Origin: Azolla caroliniana
Taxonomy: Eukaryota > Plantae > Polypodiophyta
Direction of reading: 5' to 3'
Assembly (NCBI GenBank): GCA_043228905.1
Contig: JBHGNT010000002.1
Span: forward strand, 3,286,001-3,350,000
Length of the DNA: 64,000 nt
Notes under the pieces: model-generated
Database searches by the model: none
The model's input: only the letters and a program-made list of their open reading frames with translations
What the model was told of the DNA's origin: nothing
Position numbers and translations under genes: made by a program
In this document: positions 25,032-38,449 of the stretch, piece after piece
Layout of the letters: every line of letters starts with the position of its first letter
Numbering within the stretch: position 1 is the first letter of the stretch

Positions 25032-25882
25032 AAGTTAAAGTGAATCAATGGCTAATCAACGGCTACGCCACCTCTTGTTGATGTGAGGTGCTCTATGCGA
25101 ATTCAAGTTCCTTTCCTCAATCATTGAACCAAACTCCAGTTTCTCTCTTCCTGTCTGTTGGAAATGGGGAGACAATACACTATATGCTGATAGACAACAA
25201 TTTGATGAATATGAAACAATGAACAAAGGTAATTGAAACAAACTTGCAACAAGACGAAGAGAATGAGAGAGAGAACAACAAAATACGAACTGTATTATTC
25301 AAAATGGCAATTACAACATCATCTTCAAACTAGCTTACAAAGATGGTTATATGCTAACAAAGCTAGGGTAACTGCCCTTTATGTTATCTACAAGAATAGC
25401 CTAATTTAGTTTTCTCCACTGGGATAATGTGAATACGTCCATTATATTACCGTATTTGGCACTTTCCACCTCTCGAACGAGACAAAACCTTTTTCACACT
25501 CACCCAATCCCTAATAGAAATAGAATAGAGATGGTGGTGGAGAAATGGTCCACCTCCCACCAAACCCTTAACTCTCAAGCCGCAAAGCAAGGAAAAGAAC
25601 GGAGATGATGAAAAGTATGAAGAAACCCTAAATCTTAAATAATAATCCTCCCAAAAACTCTTAACTCCCCAAACCATCCAAAATGTCACACTCTACATAT
25701 TGTCACACGTAGTTTGTGGCTTATATAGGTTTCTTAATTTTTGTTAATATATTTGTTTTTTTTGGTTATTTATTTATGTTTTTAAGGTTTTCCTATTGTC
25801 CTCCATTTTATCTATTTCAACCTTTGGACTGGGCCACATCACAAAATTCACTCCCACCAAACCGCACATCGTCTGGTATGTT

Positions 25883-26533
25883 GTTACATGCATAACCATA
25901 ATTGATCATGAGATATATTTTCTGTCGGTTGCCCTAATCTTATGATGAGTACTTGCGGGTATGAATTGTAATACTCAATTCTGTGGCGTGGGATAACTAT
26001 TAAGTGTATAATCACTTGACCACTTTACATAAAGTAGTCAAGTGTGAACACGCTATGGCCTAGGGCTTCTGCCTATATGAGGCTAGCTACGTTCTTATAA
26101 GGGGTCGCTTGACTTATGTTGAAACTATGACAATGTGGCTATGGCTCTTATTAGCTAAGCATGTGCAATCCTAGGCACGACCTAAGGTACGACGCACATT
26201 GTCGCTCCAAACTTTGTTTGAATCTTGATGAGAACTACCTTGCGTGTTGGGAACCAAAAATAAATAAATAAACAAAATTTTAAAAACTTGCGTTTTTTTG
26301 GGGGTGGGATATGTGGTGTGTGTGTATATATTTATTTATATATCAAATGTTAAATATTACATCGATTTCTCTATATACATATAGATGGACTATATATTTA
26401 TTCCCAATTAGATATGCTACGAATTTATTGATATGAGGCGTTTGCTTTTTTCTTATTTTGTTCTATATATCTATGGATATAAGCCGTTAGTGATCACTAC
26501 ATATTAGATCTTCCTAACGAACACTAGTGTTTT
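25883..26533 (+). mobile_element. Old gypsy LTR remnant related to the G1 LTR; insertion target of G2
   Basis: CAAGTGTGAACA..GGCCTAGGG..CTATAT.AGGCTAGCTAC parallels the G1 LTR promoter region; boundaries approximate. Confidence 0.55.
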
Positions 26534-26927
26534 TGAAATGTTCATTGGTTTAGATGTGCTTATTAGGGGGCTATCATACTGTAATATCTGAGTCATCGGT
26601 TTATTGGACTGAACTAATGTGTGTCATAGGGTACCCCGCACATGATTGGTCAGGTAGATGTCATTACATGGCCTAGGTCCTATAAATAGGGGAGACCCTC
26701 CTTGGTTAAGGGGAGCCCCATGAGTGGTTCAAACGAAGCTCTCTTTGATGTGGACTAGTCATCTACCAAGGTCCTGACGTGGAGATCCTGACTGGTATGG
26801 GACAGATCGGGATTCCTCGTCTGCGTTGTCGACTCTAGCGTGGGGGCAGATGGGTGGTAACGAGTATTTTCAGTATGATTGTATCATTTATATCTTTATT
26901 TTAGGATTAATGATCTTGGTTATTACA
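26534..26927 (+). repeat. 5' LTR of G2
   Basis: TG...CA; about 20 differences from the 3' LTR by manual count (~5%). Confidence 0.96.
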
Positions 26928-27232
26928 TATGGTATTAGAGCAGTTTTAATCCTAAAAAAATAATGTTTGATTGGATTCGCGTTGTGTGCTTTAATACGGG
27001 AAAATATGTTATATATATATATATATTTTACGTACTAATGTATGTTAAATGATGGATTGCGGAAGTGTCAAAAACGCCACAAAGATTCCGTTTGAGGGAG
27101 ATATGTTGATGTGTGGTATATTGGGGTTATGTATAATTAATATATTAAGGTTTGGAGATAGAAATTTCTAAGCAGCTGCAATCTTTGCCGCGTAATAGTC
27201 CCTAACCGGACGTAGACCATAACACAACAAAA

Positions 27233-27312
27233 TTTGTGTGATGGGTTGGTTAGTATATTCTTGCTATAACCTTAAAAGTAAAGGTTATGAGTTCGATTCA
27301 TTGATGCGCAAA
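27233..27312 (+). promoter_or_regulatory. tRNA-derived cassette in the G2 leader
   Basis: Stem TTTGTGT/GCGCAAA, GTTGGTTAG D-loop-like segment, AAGGTTATGAGTTCGATTCAT T-arm / B box. Confidence 0.5.
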
Positions 27313-28541
27313 GTTAAAAAAGTTTTATAAAATTATTATTAATATGTGTTTGTTTTACGTTTAGATATTTAATATATAGTTATTCAAATAAAAGCATCAT
27401 AAATATACTTATATTTTATTTTTCGTATACCCCTCTTGATCTAATGGCTATGCCCATGAGGCGGCCTTACGTGTGGAGATCGTATCTCTAGAGGTTGGCC
27501 ACCTAATATACTATAGGTAATGCTTGATGGTCGAATTTTTGATAAAATAATTGATGATCATCATATATATGGATAATGATAATTTATAATCAATTTAATT
27601 AAAATTGACTGATAGAACTAGGGTGATGATCGTTGATTGTCGATAATCAATTGATCATCGGCCCTAAGATTTAATTGAAATGGCCACAATCATTCATCAC
27701 CATGGGTGCGTGTTAATTACATGATAATGGATGGATTATATGGATGATTATATAGTTGATTAATAGGATGATTTTATGATTATATGGATAAGATCATCAT
27801 CAATTATTAATCGATGAAAGGAGAGAGATAAGGGGAAAATTTTAGTTTTTTGAGAGGGGGAGCATGAATGTGAAATGGATGGGAAGAATAGGGGGATGAT
27901 GATTGAAGGGGTGTTTTGATCATCACCCATGTTTGTTAGCAGTGATTCTCATGGAAATCGCAAGCTATTCCCACCGACTTCCAAAAAGGGGATGTTTATT
28001 CCTAAAACCTAAGCTAGGATTTTTCATTAACCAAAAAGGGAGAATTTCCTAGTTTGGAAGAATTTAAGGGATTATCTTGAGAGAGGTGGTGACTGACTAC
28101 TCATCACCGACTTCCTAAAAAGGGTGGCCTTATTTCCTAATTTCTAATCTAGGAATTGAAATAGATAAAAAGGGGATAATTTCCTAAATTGGACATATCA
28201 TGCTCACCGACTTGAATGAAAAAAGGTATATAAGTATTATCTCTCATAATAACATCCATAGCTTGTGCAACTCAATCATGTATTTCGTTTAATTGGTTTT
28301 AAATTATGTTTTCACTAGCCATGAACATGAAGGTTAATATGAAAGTGCAGCCCAAGGATATGAGTAGCTATGGTAGGCAAGAATACACACAGAAAAATGT
28401 ATCTACAAACATCTATTCTTTTGAAAATCTATTGAAAACTGTATAAGATGTAGTATGTATCACATATTAATAGACCCACTAATTTAGTAATTTCTAAATA
28501 TCTAAATTCTATTGATTTGTAGAACATAAAGACTTAGGAAA

Positions 28542-31281
28542 ATGCCCCCCATTAAGAACAAATATTGGGATATCTGTTGTCTCAATGTCACAAGAAGTTA
28601 GACAGGAAATAGAAGTTGGAATTGTAAATTTTGCAACAAACATATGCACAGGTCAGCAACATGAATGATTGCTCATTTAATTGGAAAACCCAGCCATGGA
28701 GTAACGAAATGTATCAATGTCGCCAAGGAATTGTTGATTGACCTCACATCTTTATATGGTAATTGTGGAACTCAAACAATTGGTGAAGAAGAAGATATAG
28801 TTGCAGAGATGGACTCATTCAACGTGCCTGAACAAGGTATAGACAAGAGCCTACATTAGGTGTCTTCATTACTAATGGCCAAATAATTGTAAATGATTTA
28901 TCTTGAAATGTTTTCTCTTTTAGGTGTTTCTACCTCACGCTCATGTACCTTTGTTGGTGAAAGTCAAAGCATGTCATGTATGGGTGGTGGTAGTCACCAA
29001 CCATATCCACCAGCAATGATAACGAAACAACAATCATTGCGTAAAGGACACGTGTTACAAATGCAAAGGAAACAACATGCAAACGTTATGGAGGTGAGAT
29101 GTATCATTGAAGCAAATTTGTCATTTAATCTACTAAAAACACCATGTTGGCGGAACATGTTAGAAGTTTTCTCTACAATTGGAGAGAAACATAGTGGAGT
29201 CACATATAATTACATGAGGAAGAAAGGCTTGAAAAATGAGGTTATATCCTTGCAAGCAAAGTTAGAAAGGGTAAGAGGATTATGGCCCAAGTATTGTTGT
29301 TCTATACTAACAGATGGATGGGTTGATGTTTCTCATAGGCAACTTGTAAATGTCCTTGTATCATCTTGTTATGGGACAATGTTCCTCAAGTCCATTGATT
29401 GCAGCCATGCTAATTCAACACCAATAGTTGATAGCTCTTGGTTAGTTGAAAGAATTTTAGAGGCAATTAGAGAGGTTGGTAAGGAAAATGTGGTTCAAGT
29501 CATTTCAGACAATGTATATAGTTGTGTCTGCATGGGGTCTTTGCTAGAATCAGAGTTCCCTAATATTGTTTGGACTCCATGTGCAACACATTCTTTGGAT
29601 CTGCTTTTGGAGGACATTGGTCAGTTGCCTTGGATGAAAAGTATTTTGATGAAAGCAAATACTATTGTACGTTTTTTTTGCAAGAAGAGGAATGCTAGGA
29701 ATTTTTTTCTGCTCACAGTAACCTCGCCATCTTGAGACCTTCCAAGACAAGGTTTGGTGTGATATATCTTGTCATACAACGTTTGCTCAAAGTTTGGCAT
29801 CCTCTTGAGCAAACAGTGGTGAGTGACATGTGGAGGTCTTGGTCAGATTGCAATAAGCCTGATGCAATGAATGTAAAGAACTACATCCTTGATCCTACTA
29901 CTGAGTCCTCGTTTCAAGTTGTTTTGACCCTAATGGCACCATTGTATAGTGTTTTACGACTTACTGATAGGGAGGGATCCACTATTGGATTGTTATATGA
30001 GTTTATGCGAAGAAGCGGAGATGTTTTAGCAAAAGGAGTGGAAGAAAACATCCCCCACAAATCCAAGTAAGTTTCATATTTATTTTAATTTGTTATGGTT
30101 TCCTAAAATTAAACCTTCAATTGTTTGTTCATGTTTTAAGATTGATTCATTTGTAAAACCCTTTTAGGTATGAGGATGTTTTGAAGTTATTTGATATACG
30201 ATGGAAATGGTTCAAGAGGCCAATGCACCTTGTAGCTCATTTGTTACATCCGATGTGGAGAGAGGAGGCTACATTTATTAACCCTGAGTTAATGGATGCA
30301 TGGATGAGTTATGTGGAAAAATTGTACTCGACACTTGAATGTGATATCTTATTTCGTGAATTGCATGAATATCGGAATGGTACAGGGACATTTAGCTATG
30401 CATTAGCACGTGAGGAGAGATCCATGATGACGCCAATCACTTGGTGGGAAAATTTTGGTGGAAGAACTCCAAAGCTCCAAGCATTAGTTGTTCACATATT
30501 TTCCCAAGTAAGTGTCAAGTGTTGAAAAAATGATTAATTTTATAGTTAAGTTCTAAAATAGCTCACTTTTGTGTACTACATTTTATTTCATATTTTACTT
30601 TTTATTAGGATTGCTCTTTTGGGGTAGCGGAAAGGAATTGGAATGCACATGCTCTCGCACATACGAAAAATAGAAACAGACTAAAGGTAGCACAACTTGA
30701 ACGATTGGTATATGTGCGAGAGAACTTATGACTAGTTCGCAAGTTTGAGACTGTGAATGCATCTCCAATGTAGGTATTGTTTTATTCATTCTTTTTATAA
30801 TTTATATTCCTCAATATTCTTAAGTACTAATAACTAGTTTCTGCCATCGACACACTAGTTTGTGATACTTAGAAGTTAAAGCTTTTATAAACTTGTTTGT
30901 AGGTGAATCCAAATGAGATAGATGTCTCTAAGACTCGTGATATTCCATCTATTAGCCATGAAAATGATATGGATAGAGAATTCTATGAAACTTATTTTCA
31001 AGAAACAATGAGCTTGAGAAGAAGGACAATGAGCATGACAAGATCACATATGACAACATCAAGCGATGGAGTCCCAATTAATCGAATACGAAGGCAAAGG
31101 ACAAGAAGAGATGATGAGCGGTCTTCTTGTAATAGGAGAATAACACGATCAAGATAATGTCAATGCAATAGAAGAAGCAGTTCATACTAATTATGATGAT
31201 CTTACGGACGAAGAACTAGTGTTGATGTCATCAACTAACATAGAATCTGATGATGAAGATGGTGATGAGGACCAGATCTAA
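28542..31281 (+). pseudogene. hAT transposase (BED finger, DUF659-type DDE core, dimerisation domain), ~5 exons, frameshifted
   Basis: CSILTDGW, NVVQVISDN, WTPCATHSLDLLLEDIG, KTRF, WWENFGGRTPKLQ, ERNW; GT-AG introns ~28837-28923, 30067-30167, 30508-30608, 30773-30902. Confidence 0.92.
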
Positions 31282-31494
31282 AGACAAATACTTCTAATTT
31301 CTATACGTTATTATTAAGCTCAATAACCTTATGCTACTTGTCTTTGATCTAAGCTCCATTTTGATACATTGGACATAGTTAGAGTTGTATCAATATCGTA
31401 TTTTATTAAAGCAAAATTTTCATCATGTGGTTCTTTTTTACCTTCATTTACTTTCATGGACCTTGAAATATTTTATCTTATGTCTTGTTAAGGT

Positions 31495-32130
31495 TTTTGC
31501 TCTAAATTTTGTTGTTAGAATGCATTCTATTTCTTTGACCAAATGCAATGTGAGGGTATCTCAATGAATGGAATCACATTGGTGGGTCTATTGAAAGCTT
31601 GTTCCAATGTAGGATCTCTAGCCAAGTGTAAAGAAATTCATGTTGAGGTTGCAAAGAAAGGGTTAGAAATAGAAGCTCCTGTGGTGCATTAAATGAAGCA
31701 CAAGAAATGTTTGAGAGAAATTTGGTTCGAGATATAGTTTCATGGAGATCACTCATGGCGAGAATCGGGATATGCTGAATATGGACATAATAAGGACTCA
31801 AGAGGCATTGGATTGCTTTGAAAAGATGAGGAAACATTGTTGCCTCTTGACACATGCATTTTCATTGTCTTGTGGGTTGAAAACTTGTGGAAGCTTGAGA
31901 GATGGACAAAAAGACCGAGAAATACATGCCGACATCATCAAAATAGGCTTTGAAAAAGATGTCCTTGTTGATAACACAATAGTCAACATGTATGTGAATT
32001 GTGGGTTATTGTCGACTGCCCAGTACTTGTTTAACACTCTAGTGGTGTGAGATGTGGTTTCACTAAACTCATTGATGGTAAGAAATACCAAACAAGGAGC
32101 CTATTTTTTGTTTTGAGGAGATGGTTTCAA
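31495..32130 (+). pseudogene. PLS-class PPR gene fragment inside the hAT
   Basis: QMQCEGIS.NGITLVGLLKACSNVG..KEIHVEV.KKG; GALNEAQEMFE..RDIVSW; EIHADIIKIGFEKDVLVDNTIVNMYVNCG. Confidence 0.9.
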
Positions 32131-32393
32131 AAGGGGGGTGTACATATCCAGCGACTACAGATAGTGTTTACAATATTACAAATATTTTCTTGAAATGTAA
32201 ATAATTTTCAAATTCTAGAAGTATTTTATGTACTATACGTAAAATACGTATTTTATGTATTTGATAAGTATTTAACATATTACAAAACGTATTTAACGTA
32301 TTTTTAAATTGGGAGGTATTATACACGTATTAATACTTAATACGTTATATACGTATGGTATCCATACCGTACCTAATGTACCTAACAACCATG

Positions 32394-33345
32394 GTCACGA
32401 GGGATGATTTCCACAAAACGCAAGATGATATTGTCAAGTCAATGACAATGGTCACAACTGCGTTCTCCTCCAAACTTGAAGGGCTTCTTGATGCCAATAG
32501 CCATCAATTTGAAAACATTCAACACCAAATTTTAGAGTTAAAGGCACACTCTTCCACATCAAGCAATACAAAGAAACTTTCATTTACTCCTCAACAGTTC
32601 CTCCTCTCACAATTCCGCACATTACACATTTCCCAATCATCGTAGTTTTCTAACACATCCCACATCTCCCACCGTCAAGGTCATCCAATTTCTCCTATGC
32701 AAGATGAGGACGACCGACCAATATCTCCGGTCCGTGACGAGGATATTAACGACAATATCGAATTTGTCACGAGGGATGATTTCCACAAAACGCAAGATGA
32801 TATTGTCAAGTCAATGACAATGGTCACAACTGCGTTCTCCTCCAAACTTGAAGGGCTTCTTGATGCCAATAACCATCAATTTGAAAACCTTCAACAACAA
32901 ATTTTAGAGTTAAAGGCACACTCTTCCACATCAAGCAATACAAAGAAACCTTCATTTACTCCTCAACAGTTCCTCCTCTCACAATTCCGCACATCACACA
33001 TCTCCCAATCATCGTAGTTTTCTGACACATCCCACATCTCCCACCCGTCAAGGTCATCCAAATTCTCCTATGCGAGATGAGGACGACCGACCAATATCTC
33101 CGGTCCGTGACGAGGATATTAGCGACGATATCGAATTTGTCATGAGGGATGATTTTCACAAAACGCAAGATGATATTGTCAAGTCAATGACAATGGTCAC
33201 AACTGCGTTCTCCTCCAAACTTGAAGGGCGTCTTGATGCCAATAGCCATCAATTTGAAAACCTTCAACAACAAATTTTAGAGTTAAAGGCACACGCTTCC
33301 ACATTAAGCAATAGAAAGAAACCTTCATTTACTCCTCAACAGTTC
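32394..33345 (+). repeat. ~2.5 tandem copies of a ~372-bp unit at the start of G2 gag
   Basis: GTCA(C/T)GAGGGATGATTT at 32394, 32766, 33139; three near-identical ORFs. Confidence 0.95.
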
Positions 33346-36300
33346 TCGGGAAGGGATAAGCAACGCAACCACGAGTTTGTGAGCTGTTGGATAAATCGAT
33401 GGAATGCTCACTTTTGCCTCGAGAATATTTAGAATGACTCTGAAAAGATCGACATGGCGGTTCGTGAGATGATCGGTGCCACAAACTCATGGTGGGAGCA
33501 ATTGGATAGAAAACCAGGAACGTGGGAGGCATTTGAAAAGACTCTCAGGATGGAATTTGTTCGTCCCAAGAAGACTTCTCAAGTGATACAAGGTATGTGT
33601 CACTTGTCAGATAAGGGTAGGACTATTGACCAATTCAATCAGTATTTCCGCGACTTGATAACAAAGCATGGACTTTTGTCGGCATCTAATGAGGAAATAT
33701 TGATAGGATTATATATTAATAGTTTTCATAATAAAGATTTTCATTATGAGATCCACGCTCATCAACCCAAGACCTTGGGAGAAGCGGAACATGCCCGCAT
33801 TCCGTTTGACACAAAAGCTCGTTACCAACCAAAAGAGTCGGAAGGAGAAAGCGGTAAACGTAGATACCAACCTTCTCTGATAGGTTAAGGCGACAATGCG
33901 AAAAGGCGGGTAATAATCTGCAACTTTTGTAAGAAGCCTGGGCATAAAGCCAACGAGTGTAGGCGGAGAAAGGAGAGCGGTAACTCCAACAATCCGCAAA
34001 GAAAGCCTTAAAACTTATGGGACTATCCACAATCAAAGTGTAACTATACTATTTGACTGTGGTAGCACTCATAATTTTCTTGACTCTAATATGGTGCAAA
34101 TATTACGAATAAAAACAACCAAAAGTTACCACGACTACAAAGTCCTTACTACGGGAGGCCGTGTCCAAAGGCATTCATTAATTGCACATGGTGTACCCCT
34201 AATAATAAATAACTACATTGAAAAGTTGACTTTTCATGTAATGCGTTTACGAACGGTAGATGTAGTTCTTGGTTACATATGGTTTTATAATAGACATAGT
34301 CTTTCTATCGATTGGCCGAATCATACTATTTCTTTTGAAGGAAATAACAACCAACAAGTTTTTATTCATGGGATTGCGATAAACAATTTAATGTCTGTTA
34401 ATCATCTTTATGCTTATGATCAAAACGTCGATGCACAATTTGATGCATGTATATTAGAGCCCAATGATCCACTGTATCAATTTCTAGATATTAGTTCATT
34501 GGATGATTTTGAGAAAGATGCTCTACGAGACATCTTGTCGAATTTTAAGGAGATATTCCCGGATAAGTTACCTCAAGAACTACCTCCTTCTCGGTCTATA
34601 GATCATAAGATAAACCTGGTTCCAGGCACTAAACCTGTGAGCATACCCCCATATCGGTTGAGTCAAATTGAAGAGGATGAAATTGCGCGACAAATCAAGG
34701 AATACTTGAGGATGGGACACATCCGGTATAATAAATCGCCATGGGGAGCTCCCGTCATCTTAGCCAAGAAGAAGGATGGAACTTGGCGAATGTGTGTGAA
34801 TTACAAAGGTTTGAATAAATTCTCCATTCGCAATTCCTACCCTTTGCCTCGTTTTGATGACTTGATAGATAGACTCCAAAGTGCAAGATATTTTACTAAG
34901 ATAGAATTGCGCACTGGCTATCATTAGATCTGGGTTTCGGAAGAACATGTTTCCAAAACTGCTTTCTGAACTCGTTATGGTCATTATGAGTTTCGGGTTC
35001 TACCATTTGGGTTGACTGATGCTCCAACCACATTCCAGCAAATGATGAATGATATATTCAGAGATCAGCTTTGTGATTTCGTGGTCGTATTCCTTGATGA
35101 TATCATGGTATATAGTAATACATTTGAGGATCATATTCGTCATGTTCGAATAGTTTTGGACAAGCTTCGTGAATACAAGCTATTTGCCAAACTATCTAAA
35201 TGTGATTTCTTTCAAAAGGAGATTACGTATCTTGGACACCACATATCTAGGTCGGGTGTGTCTATTGATAAATCTAAGATAGAAGTATTAAATTGGCCAC
35301 GACCTTCAAATGTTAAGGAGCTACGATCTTTCTTAGGATTTGTTGGATTCCTAAGAAGATCTCTTCAAAACTATTCATCCTACACTGCACCATTTACGAA
35401 CGAACCTATTGAAGCGTATTACAAGAAAGTCCACTAAACCTATTGAGTGGAATGCCTCTCTTGAAGAAACCTTCAATAAGTTGAAGTCATTAATTGTGAA
35501 TGCACCTACTTTAGCTATACCTGATCCTAATCAAACATTCGAAGTTGAAACGGATGCAAGTGATTATGCTATTGGGGTTGCATTATTTCAAATTGGGAGA
35601 CCAATTGCTTTTGAAAGCAAAAAATTGGATTCGGCCCAAAGAAATTACTTGGTTCAAGAAAAAGAATTATTTGCTATTATTTATGCCTTAAAGAAATGGC
35701 GACATTATTTATATGGTAGTAAATTTACTGTTTTAATGGATCACAAATCCTTGCAATACTTCCTCTCTCAAAAGAATTTTGAGGGTCGAAAGGCAAGATG
35801 GGTGGAGTTGATGCAAGACTTTGATTTCGAAATTAGATATCGAAAAGGGGCTTTGAATTCCGTTGCAGATGCCCTGAGTTGTATTCCAGAAATTAATGCC
35901 CTAAGTTTTGTGGAATTTAACGACGACTTATATGATTTGATCCGGGGTAAACAAAAATACCTTGATGACAGAACATTTTCAAAGTTCTGGAAGAGAGCTG
36001 AAACAGGTATTGACGTCGATCATGGAACCACATCTACCCCGAAGAACCTTTACTATGTTGCAAATGGGTTATTGTACCGCAATAGTAAGGTTTTCATACC
36101 ACACATAAAGGACATCAAGAATAAAATTCTGTATGAATGTCATGATGCCCCTTTTGCTGGACATCTAGGTGTACAAAGAACATTAGCTTTGATTAAAGCT
36201 AGGTTTTTCTGGCCAAAAATGAAACCGGAGGTAGAGTCCTATGTCATTCATTGTCCACAATGTCAGGTCATTAAGGCTGAGTGACAAAAAAAAGTTGGCT

Positions 36301-37372
36301 TATTGCAACCTCTCGATATTCTAGCTGAAAAGTGGCAAAGTATATCCATGGATTTCATAGTTGGACCATTTGGGTGGTTGTTGATCGGCTTACCAAGATG
36401 GCAAGATTCATTCCAACAAAATCCACAATTACCGCAAAGCAATTGCCAATTAAGTTTATTAAACATCTTTATAACTTATATGGTCTACCAATGGAGTTTG
36501 TAAGTGATCAAGACTCCAAGTTTACAAGTACATTTTGGTCAAAAGTTATGCAAAAACTGCAAACAACCTTGAGTCTCAGTTCTTCTGATCATCCTCAGTC
36601 AGATTGGCAGATTGAGAGAGTGAATAAGATATTAGAGGATATGTTGAGAGCATATGTAGCGCAAAAACCCTCATTATGGGAGACTTACCTTCCTATGGTG
36701 GAATTTGCCTACAACAGAGCTAAGCATACATCAACAAAATACAGTCCGTTCATGTTGATGTATGGTTATACGTCACGTCCTCATATTGATGTTTCGTTTG
36801 ATTCGCATACTTTGGACAGTACAAAGGATTTTCTTTCTGATATGCTTGAAGCACGTAAATTGGCAGAAGAAAACCTTAAGATGGTGCAGGATAGAAATGT
36901 CTTTTATGCGAACCATGATAGAAAACCGAGGGAATTTCACGTAGGACAACAAGTTTTTCTACGAGTTCCTAAGAACTCAGAAACATTGAGAATAGGACCG
37001 TGTGCAAAATTAGCCCCAAGGTATTGTGGACCATATAAAGTTTTAAAACGTATAGGTCCCAATGCTTATCGTTTGGATTTGCCTTCCAATGTGATGGTTC
37101 ATCCCGTATTCCACGTGAGTCGATTAAAGGAGGCAATTGGTTATGATGATAATGTTGTAACACCGTCTAATTTATCGACATTAGAGGATGATCATTTTGC
37201 TCCACATGAACCTGAGAAAATCCTCGACCATAGGTCTAGAAACCTAAGGTCAAAATTTGTTCATCGCTATAAGGTTAAGTGGAAGGATAGATTGGAAGAA
37301 GACATCACATGGGAAATTGAAGAGACATTACGCAAACATTTTCCTAACTTCCCATTGCAAGAGTGCAATTAA
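33070..37372 (+). pseudogene. G2 gag-pol with chromodomain, multiple stops and frameshifts
   Basis: [14 protein letters not shown]; DCGSTHNF; SPWGAPV..WRMCVNY; FLDDIMVYS; ETDASDYAIG; HDAP..GHLG..C..C; EKILDH..YKVKW..ITWE. Confidence 0.95.
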
Positions 37373-37388
37373 ACGGAGGGGGGGAGTA

Positions 37389-37783
37389 TGTAATGTTCAT
37401 TGGTTTAGACGTGCTAATTAGGGGGCTATCATACTGTAATATCTGAGTCGTCGGCTTTATTGGACTAACCTAATGTGTGTCATAGTGTACCCCGCACATG
37501 ACTGGTCAGGTAGATGTCATTACATGGCCTAGGTCCTATAAATAGGGGAGACTCTCCTTGGTTAAGGGGAGCCCCATGAGTTGTTCAAACGAAGCTCTCT
37601 TTTATGTGGACTAGTCATCTACCAAGGTCCTGACGTGGAGATCCTGGCTGGTATGGGATAGATCGGGATTCCTCGTCTACGTTGTCGACTTTGGCGCGGG
37701 GGCGGATGGGTGGTAACGCGTATTTTCAGTATGATTGTATCATTTATATCTTTATTTTAGGATTAATGATCTTGGTTATTACA
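37389..37783 (+). repeat. 3' LTR of G2
   Basis: TGTAATG...TTACA after the PPT; followed by TSD GTTTT. Confidence 0.96.
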
Positions 37784-38449
37784 GTTTTTTTCTCAATGGA
37801 GCTTGATCTATATAAATACCTATGCATAGCTCCCATTAGACTGTGTATTTTTTATCCATAACTCACAGTCGCGCTTTTCCTCAATGGGATATATTATCAC
37901 AACCTAAAGCTATGACACCAACCATTCACACGCTCCCCATCAATCACGCATTTTCAAGGAAGGATACACACAATATTTTTTGAAAAGTATATTTTATTTA
38001 TTTATTTTTCACACGTGATTTCTCAGTTTATGTGTATGAAATTTGTGCATTCTAAATTAGAGCACCACACACAGATTATTCCTCATTTCCCAATAGTTTG
38101 TCTTTTGGCATGGCCAAATAGATTCCGTAGTTCATATGTCTCGTGCCGAATCATCAAAATGTTATTTGGTTAGTTTTTAGCAAAACAGAAAGTTTTCAAT
38201 CTAGGGAAAACCTCCTTCGCGCTTGGCGAACCTAAGGTCGTGAATCGAAGGATTTTCCTGATTCACATGACTAGGCATGGATGTTGGGAAACCAAAATTC
38301 TTTCATTATGAGGATATATATCGTAGACTATGTTACATATATATCATGGTAAACATTTACGTTCACTCGATTTAATGAGTGCAAAGTTCGAACCTGTGTA
38401 GCATTGCGCGAATTAAGTGTTGACACCGGTGGTGCCTGATTGACTACTA

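Larger units (their letters stand above)
28240..32393 (+). mobile_element. hAT DNA transposon nested in G2 (right TIR present, left end not found)
   Basis: Right terminus reads CATGGTTGTTAGGTAC on the minus strand; subterminal ACGTAT repeats 32235-32375; transposase gene inside. Confidence 0.85.
26534..37783 (+). mobile_element. Full-length Ty3/gypsy chromovirus G2, decayed, interrupted by a hAT element
   Basis: LTRs 26534-26927 and 37389-37783; TSD GTTTT (26529-26533 / 37784-37788); PBS TGGTATTAGAGC; PPT GGAGGGGGGGAG. Confidence 0.97.
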
